Assembly (NCBI GenBank): GCA_963663965.2
Contig: CAXXFK010000020.1
Coordinates: 128,001-192,000 of the forward strand
DNA from: Sedimentisphaerales bacterium
GTDB lineage: Bacteria; Planctomycetota; Phycisphaerae; Sedimentisphaerales; SM23-30
Length of the DNA stretch: 64,000 nucleotides
Direction: 5' to 3'
The position numbers and the translations under genes are program-made. Below, one piece after another: positions 58,525 to 64,000 of the stretch. Numbering within the stretch: position 1 is the first letter of the stretch; each line of letters starts with the position of its first letter. The notes below the pieces were generated by a model. The model saw only the letters and a list, made by a program, of their open reading frames with translations, was not told the DNA's origin and ran no database searches.

Positions 58525-59071
58525 AATTGATCTCCTTATTAGAGTCTTGTTCTATGAGAGTCTTTAACGCCAGCCGGGCATGATACAACCGCGATTTAAC
58601 CGTACCCGCCGGAATGCTCAGGGCCGTGGCAATCTCAGACGTGGACAACTGATCGAAATAATAGAGTTGCAACACCAACCGCTGATCCAGTTTCAAGAGC
58701 GCCAGCAACTCATCCAATCCACCCGCGTCCGTTGTTTGAGCCGCCGGCCGGCCCTGGGGATCAACAACCAGTGTTTCCGTTCGCTGTTTACTTTTTTTAC
58801 GAATCCAGTCGCGGGCCCTATTCGTTGCAATACGGTATGCCCATCCCCGAAAGCTGGCCGGGTCATTCAACGAGGATAATCCACGAATAATCCCCAGCCA
58901 GGTTTCCTGGCTGATATCCCAGGCACCCTGCTCACTGCCACATAATCGCCAGGCATGGTACCAGAGTCGCTTCTGCCAGCGCTTGACCAGATATTCCATA
59001 GCCGGGCGCCGACCATCCTGGGCCGCCATTATCAGCAGTTCATCTTCCAGTTGTGTTGCATCGTCTGCCAT
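58514..59071 (-). CDS. ECF RNA polymerase sigma factor
   Basis: DELLI..AQDG, DISQETW, FRGWAYRIATN, LSTSEIATALSIPAGTVKSRLYHAR. Likely start ATG 59071. Confidence 0.93.
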   Translation of the reverse strand: MADDATQLEDELLIMAAQDGRRPAMEYLVKRWQKRLWYHAWRLCGSEQGAWDISQETWLGIIRGLSSLNDPASFRGWAYRIATNRARDWIRKKSKQRTETLVVDPQGRPAAQTTDAGGLDELLALLKLDQRLVLQLYYFDQLSTSEIATALSIPAGTVKSRLYHARLALKTLIEQDSNKEINYER

Positions 59072-59081
59072 CTGTCCCGAT

Positions 59082-59108
59082 AGTCGCACCTCGTCCCCGA
59101 ACGGTTCA
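59082..59108 (-). promoter_or_regulatory. ECF-type autoregulatory promoter
   Basis: TGAACC-N16-CGACT, ending 10 nt before the ATG. Confidence 0.5.
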
Positions 59109-59159
59109 AAAAAATATCCCGCATCCTTCTTTTTTCTCCGCCTTATAATCTGTAACTTA

Positions 59160-60245
59160 TTATTTTATGGGCTGTTCCAGAATGGCGATAATCGATACAA
59201 TCATAATCGTCTGGGCAAAAATCAGTATCATACCGGTAGTACTGGCGTGCAGCAGAATGATTCCCCCCAGACCGGTACAGGCCGTGGCCAGATAAATCGT
59301 CAAAACCGCCTGAGGGGTTGACATGCCCCGTTTGACCAGCCGGTGCGAAAAATGCTGGGTATCGCCCACAAACGGGCTTTTACCCTGGCTTAATCGCAAC
59401 AGGGTCACACTGACAAAATCATAAAGTGGAATTGCCAGTACCACCAGCGGCATCATCGCGGCATACCAGGACCCTTCCTCCGCCTGGGTATTAAAATAGG
59501 TCGTCCGTACCGCCGCCGCCGCAACGACCGCGCCGACAACCAGCGATCCCCCATCCCCCATAAAAATCCTGGCCGGGGCAAAGTTGAGAACCAGAAATCC
59601 CAACAGCGCGCCCATTACGATAGCCAGAAACGCGCCGACAAAAATTTGCCCGGCCATGAGCGCCGCCACAAAAATAACCGCCGCGCAGATCGCCGCCATT
59701 CCTGCTGACAAACCATCCATGTTGTCCAGAAAATTGAACGCATTGACAATTACCACAATCCAGAGCACCGATAATATGGTGGTCACTGTCGTATTGGCAA
59801 TAAAAAAGTCGAACCGGATCCCGGCAAACAGCGCCATGGCGGCCGCCACTGCGATTTGTACAAACAACTTGATGAACGGGCCCAGATGCTTGCGGTCATC
59901 GATGATCCCCAGGATATGCAATACCGTTAAGCATCCAATCAATACCCAGACCTGTGGCGCGCGCGCGACCAGGCCGGGAATATGGTCTTTAATAATCCAT
60001 GGCAGAAAATCCGCCTGCCCGCAACGCTGACAAACCAGCACCGCTCCCAGCGATGCGATTAACAACGGCAATACAATTGTCCAGTAGATCGCGATCCCGC
60101 CCCCCAGGGCAATCGGCCTGGTATGGATCTTGCGATGGCCGGGTTTATCGACAAATCCGGCCCGAATCGCCCACAGGCGCACTAGAATCGTCAGGGTCAG
60201 GGAGACGACAAACGCCGCTATTCCAATAACAATGATATATTTCAG
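59160..60245 (-). CDS. MraY/WecA/TagO-family glycosyltransferase 4 (polyprenyl-phosphate GlcNAc-1-P transferase); start uncertain
   Basis: VDKPGHRKIHTRPIALGGG, GIIDD, NAFNFLDNMDGL, NFAPARIFMGDGGS, DTQHFSHRL. The first TM helix lies upstream of the GTG at 60182. Confidence 0.9.
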   Translation of the reverse strand: MKYIIVIGIAAFVVSLTLTILVRLWAIRAGFVDKPGHRKIHTRPIALGGGIAIYWTIVLPLLIASLGAVLVCQRCGQADFLPWIIKDHIPGLVARAPQVWVLIGCLTVLHILGIIDDRKHLGPFIKLFVQIAVAAAMALFAGIRFDFFIANTTVTTILSVLWIVVIVNAFNFLDNMDGLSAGMAAICAAVIFVAALMAGQIFVGAFLAIVMGALLGFLVLNFAPARIFMGDGGSLVVGAVVAAAAVRTTYFNTQAEEGSWYAAMMPLVVLAIPLYDFVSVTLLRLSQGKSPFVGDTQHFSHRLVKRGMSTPQAVLTIYLATACTGLGGIILLHASTTGMILIFAQTIMIVSIIAILEQPIK

Positions 60246-60796
60246 CTCTTCGATGACAGTTGCTCCACTAATCGGTTGCGTGCCTGATTCAAAAACGGAT
60301 CGTACTGACCGCTGGAATAATCCGGAAAACTGAACGGCCAGCCGTACCAGTGTCCCCGCTTGTAATGCAGGGTCGGCTCAGCGTATATATTATCACCGAT
60401 ATAGATCCGGTGCGAAAAATTTTTCGTGGACGCCAGCACCAGCTTACTGGGCTCAATATATCCCGGATCCAGATTGATCGGCCGGACCACAGCCAGCGCC
60501 TGCCCTTCCGGCAACTCAGCCAGTTGAGCTTCCATGGCATTGGCCCGATGCTTGATCGGCCCCAGCTGCCCTGGATCGATCAGCGCCTCAAAACTGACAA
60601 ACTGCCGCAGCAGATCGACTCCCATCTCCTGTTCGTAATATTTCGTAAACGTAAAGGGCATTGTCTCACTGACAATATCCACCTCGCCCCATTCCACCGC
60701 CATCAATTCCCGCGCCCGCGCAAGCAGCTCCTTAGACTGGCACAACATGCCAACCATCAACTTAACCGGGCGCGGCGGATGTAAGGTTTGAGACAT
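60242..60796 (-). CDS. DUF4416 family protein
   Basis: PVKL, FTFTKYYEQEMG, RPINLDPGYI, VLASTKNFSHRIYIG, WPFSFPDY. Confidence 0.85.
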   Translation of the reverse strand: MSQTLHPPRPVKLMVGMLCQSKELLARARELMAVEWGEVDIVSETMPFTFTKYYEQEMGVDLLRQFVSFEALIDPGQLGPIKHRANAMEAQLAELPEGQALAVVRPINLDPGYIEPSKLVLASTKNFSHRIYIGDNIYAEPTLHYKRGHWYGWPFSFPDYSSGQYDPFLNQARNRLVEQLSSKS

Positions 60797-60811
60797 AGTG
60801 GTAAAACTTCC

Positions 60812-62554
60812 TTATGATTCCTGAACGATTTGTTTGAGTAACTCCAAACCCTTGGCCGTCAAACGATACTTCTGATTGCGACTGCGAGGTTTATCAGGAA
60901 CAGTCATCTCGATGAGTTTTTCCCTTAAAGCCGGTCTGATATGATTATCTCTAAATGTTTGCTGATGTTTCATGCCTACTAGCTCTTGAAGCTCCTTCGC
61001 AGACATTTCGCCATCCAATAAGCCTCGAAGGAGTGCAAATATCAAAGAATTTAACTTAGCCGGTGACGGGGTTGGCAACTTAGCCGGTTGGGCCTCACCT
61101 TGTCTCCCACTATGGGCCCTTTTGGGCTTATCATGGGCCCCCACATGGGCCTCTTTTTCTTCGTCATGAGCCTTATTATAGGACTTTGGCTCGGATTGCC
61201 CATTTAACTTAGCCGGTAACTTAGCCGGTAACTTAGCCGGTAACTGGGTCGGTTCGTCCGCAAACATCGCCCGCACCAGATCCGAAGCCATATCGACTTC
61301 AACATCCAGTTCCGGAATGAAAAATTCAAAGGCCTTACGGGATCGGTCGTTCCGATAGGTTGGTTCCGAATGACCAAGCGCCTGCCATTCTTTGCTCATC
61401 ATTCGAAAACCGGTTCCAGCCTGTTCGCACATGACAATCCGCCGCATGGCCGCGGCGATTCCCGGGTTACGGACCTCTTTTTCACCGGGTTCCAACAATC
61501 GGGCGTCGTCACCGAAAACATCACCCGGATTCCAGAATTCGATACCATCTCGATAAAATTTAATGACTGCCTTGCGTGAATGGTCACCGTAGTCCTGATG
61601 GATCAGCAGGTTCATGGCCGCCTCGCGAAAAACTCGAAAACCGGGCGGATCGTCGCGCCGGCCTAACGTAACCGGATCAATATCCCGAAATGGTTTTGGC
61701 ATAAAAAACATATACTTGGCCACTAATTGCTGCCAGGACCGAATAATATTATCTTCACTGACAATCCGGTCGATCCAGCGAGTCTCTGGTATTTCATCCT
61801 GTGTTCCATAGCCCAAAAATTGGACATCGAGAGTTGGGCGGGGCATAAGCTGGTGTACCGCCAACGATGAGCCAAACAACATAACCGCACCGCGCGTGGG
61901 TATTAGACAGTTCCCGTCACGAATTAAGTAGCCCCAATGATAAAGAAAATCTTCATCAGACTCATCCGTATCGATACCCGCATTGGCCTGTTCGAATCGA
62001 TTGCGATACCAGCGCAAGCTGCCCGGATGAAACGCCTCTTCATACAATACCCGCTCAAATGGCTGGCCATCCCAGCGATCTTCCGTCGCGTCCCGCAGGA
62101 GTCGTTCAATATCCTGGGGCTGGGCCCGGTAATCTCCGCCGCCCTTGCGCAAAAAGGTTCGTCGGATATCACCATCCAGATAAACAGGTTTGCGAGTGCG
62201 AACATTTTCATTGATTTTGAAAATTAAGATAATTTTGCCGGAAACAACTATTCGTTCTTCGCTAACTGTAATGTCGTGATTGACTTTCTGACCGGCATGA
62301 AGAACAGACAGGAAATCATTCTGGACCTTATCGGGCTGCTCGACCCCCACGATTTCAAAATCTGACAGATCTGCTCCGCGCTCGTTTTTGTTCTGATGTT
62401 GACGTATACCAAAAATAAGAATACCGCCATGGGTATTGGCAAACGCAGAAATCGTTTCGAAAGCGGAACGAGGAACCGCACCTTGCGCTTCCTTGAACTC
62501 AACATCGTTCCATTCTCCGATTTTCAGCAACTGTTTTAGTTCGTCAACATTCAT
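60812..62554 (-). CDS. AlbA_2 (Schlafen-like) domain + 'RecG C-terminal' HATPase-like domain + C-terminal wHTH
   Basis: EWNDVEFKEA...ETISAFANTHGG.L.FG; REAAMNLLIHQDY, NPG, RNP.IA, EQAGTG; IEMTVPDKPRSRNQKYRLT. Start uncertain (62554 or upstream). Confidence 0.88.
   Translation of the reverse strand: MNVDELKQLLKIGEWNDVEFKEAQGAVPRSAFETISAFANTHGGILIFGIRQHQNKNERGADLSDFEIVGVEQPDKVQNDFLSVLHAGQKVNHDITVSEERIVVSGKIILIFKINENVRTRKPVYLDGDIRRTFLRKGGGDYRAQPQDIERLLRDATEDRWDGQPFERVLYEEAFHPGSLRWYRNRFEQANAGIDTDESDEDFLYHWGYLIRDGNCLIPTRGAVMLFGSSLAVHQLMPRPTLDVQFLGYGTQDEIPETRWIDRIVSEDNIIRSWQQLVAKYMFFMPKPFRDIDPVTLGRRDDPPGFRVFREAAMNLLIHQDYGDHSRKAVIKFYRDGIEFWNPGDVFGDDARLLEPGEKEVRNPGIAAAMRRIVMCEQAGTGFRMMSKEWQALGHSEPTYRNDRSRKAFEFFIPELDVEVDMASDLVRAMFADEPTQLPAKLPAKLPAKLNGQSEPKSYNKAHDEEKEAHVGAHDKPKRAHSGRQGEAQPAKLPTPSPAKLNSLIFALLRGLLDGEMSAKELQELVGMKHQQTFRDNHIRPALREKLIEMTVPDKPRSRNQKYRLTAKGLELLKQIVQES
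61053..61245. repeat. 12-bp repeat AACTTAGCCGGT x5 within the AlbA_2 gene linker
   Basis: Tandem at 61206, 61218 and 61230, plus copies at 61053 and 61077; encodes PAKL. Confidence 0.9.
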
Positions 62555-62683
62555 TTCTATTCTGGAACCTGAGCCGGCAGTGCCGGAACCAAACAGGGTC
62601 ATAGGAATATCAGGCAATACGACATTGTTTTTTGCCATTTTGCACAAGATTTTACTCGTAAGAGACTAAGTCATCTTAAGAAT

Positions 62684-64000
62684 TCAATCCAGTCCATCCA
62701 GAATTTCATCGTAAAGCTTCTGGACCAGTTCAACCGTTTTGTCGGCGGCGGTATCGATAGCAATCGTCTGAGTTTCTGAATCGCGACGGAGTTTGATTTC
62801 AACCGTACCTTCAGCTATCCCGCGCTGGCCAACGGTGATTCGGACAGGAATACCGATCAGATCGGCATCTTTAAACTTGCCGCCGGCCCGAATCGTACGG
62901 TCATCCAGCAGCACATCGATATCACAATCGCACAATTGGTTATAAAGCTTTTCGGCAACGCCGGCCACCTGTTCATCATTCTGGTTGGCCGCGGTAATCA
63001 GTACCTCAAAGGGCGCTATGGTGATCGGCCAGATAATCCCGTCATTATCAAATCCCAGTTCGATCGCCGAAGCCATAATCCGGTTGATTCCGATGCCATA
63101 ACATCCCATCAGACACGGCTTGCTTTTGCCATTTTCATCCAGGAAATTGGCATTCAGCTTGGTACTGTATTTGGTACCCAACTTAAAGACCTGGCCGACT
63201 TCAATGCCGCGTTTAAACAGCAGCGTCTTGCCATCGCGCGTGTCCCCGGGCACAGCATTGCGGATATCAACCACTTTGACATGCTCCCCGCTCAACGGAA
63301 AATCACGGCCCGGAACCACATTGCGTGTGTGGTAATCGGTTTTATTAGCGCCGGCGATACCAACGGTCATGGCCGCGACCGCATGATCGATCAACAGCAA
63401 GCTGACCTTGGATGCCAGACCCATCGGGCCGGCAAAACCCACCCCGGCGCCGGTGACCTGCTGAATCGTGGCTTCATCCGCCAACAGGCACTGCTTGCGA
63501 TCCACCAGCTGGGTCAGCTTTTCCGGATTCAGCTCATGATCACCCCGCAAAACCGCTACCACCGTCTGACCTTCCACACTATAAATCAGCGTCTTGATCA
63601 TCTGTTGGGGCGAGGTTTTCAAAAACGCGCAGACCGCTTCAATTGAACCAACATTGGGAGTATGAACCTCTTCCATCGCCGGAGCTGCCACATCCACCGT
63701 CACTGGCGGTATAGCATCGACCCCGGCCTTTTCGATATTGGCGGCATAGCGGCCATCTTCGGTATAAACAATCATATCTTCCCCATTTTCACAGGGGATT
63801 GTAAACTGATGAGAACCGGAACCGCCAATTTCACCGGTTTCCGCTTCTACAATCACATATTCCAGACCGCACCGCTGGAAAATCCGGCAATAGGCGTTGT
63901 ACATGGCCCGATAGGATTGTTCGAGCATGTCATCATCGGCATCGAAACTGTACGCGTCTTTCATGATAAATTCGCGGCTGCGCAATACCCCAAAACGCGG
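62684..64000 (-). CDS. proS: Proline--tRNA ligase (5' part outside the window)
   Basis: RSREFIMKDAYSF, INS editing domain (IKTLIY..VLRGDHELN), GIEVGQVFKLGTKYS, MGCYGIG, KFKDADLIG. Confidence 0.97.
   Translation of the reverse strand, partial: PRFGVLRSREFIMKDAYSFDADDDMLEQSYRAMYNAYCRIFQRCGLEYVIVEAETGEIGGSGSHQFTIPCENGEDMIVYTEDGRYAANIEKAGVDAIPPVTVDVAAPAMEEVHTPNVGSIEAVCAFLKTSPQQMIKTLIYSVEGQTVVAVLRGDHELNPEKLTQLVDRKQCLLADEATIQQVTGAGVGFAGPMGLASKVSLLLIDHAVAAMTVGIAGANKTDYHTRNVVPGRDFPLSGEHVKVVDIRNAVPGDTRDGKTLLFKRGIEVGQVFKLGTKYSTKLNANFLDENGKSKPCLMGCYGIGINRIMASAIELGFDNDGIIWPITIAPFEVLITAANQNDEQVAGVAEKLYNQLCDCDIDVLLDDRTIRAGGKFKDADLIGIPVRITVGQRGIAEGTVEIKLRRDSETQTIAIDTAADKTVELVQKLYDEILDGLD

Noticed and set aside
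1..64000. tRNA, rRNA, prophage or integrase genes
   Set aside because: None recognised by eye; small RNAs could have been missed without tRNAscan or Infernal.

Overview
Bacterial chromosomal window, most likely a planctomycete of class Phycisphaerae (Sedimentisphaerales-like). This is inferred from the VPEP/VPAPGA PEP-CTERM proteins, many secreted proteins with C-terminal dockerin-like EF-hand repeats, and a prepilin/H-X9-DG-type gene. Housekeeping genes (purF-purM, truD, thrS-infC, mutM, partial proS, glgP-xfp) alternate with secreted glycoside hydrolases, surface proteins and signalling genes. The latter include a chemoreceptor at the left edge that the ORF track misses and two hybrid histidine kinases. 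I saw no rRNA, tRNA or CRISPR array. The unexplained structure is mostly non-coding. (1) A 28-bp motif occurs five times, and two copies bracket a RAYT-like HUH/Y1 transposase gene as inverted repeats. (2) An uncharacterised 'NAQKSTGPKT..GK..SS.NA.KHG' gene is preceded by two ~288-bp hairpin-rich tandem units that share a ~30-bp DNA motif with the gene itself. Both this gene and the RAYT gene have an extreme C-rich coding strand. (3) Two MITE-like families are present: a 105-bp element (4 full copies) and a 131-bp element with a TTA target duplication. Protein-level oddities include an orphan Hcp domain carrying a Sec signal peptide, a MetF-MetV-pterin-binding methyltransferase fusion, and a PstS-like dockerin protein. 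All calls come from manual reading; no searches were run.
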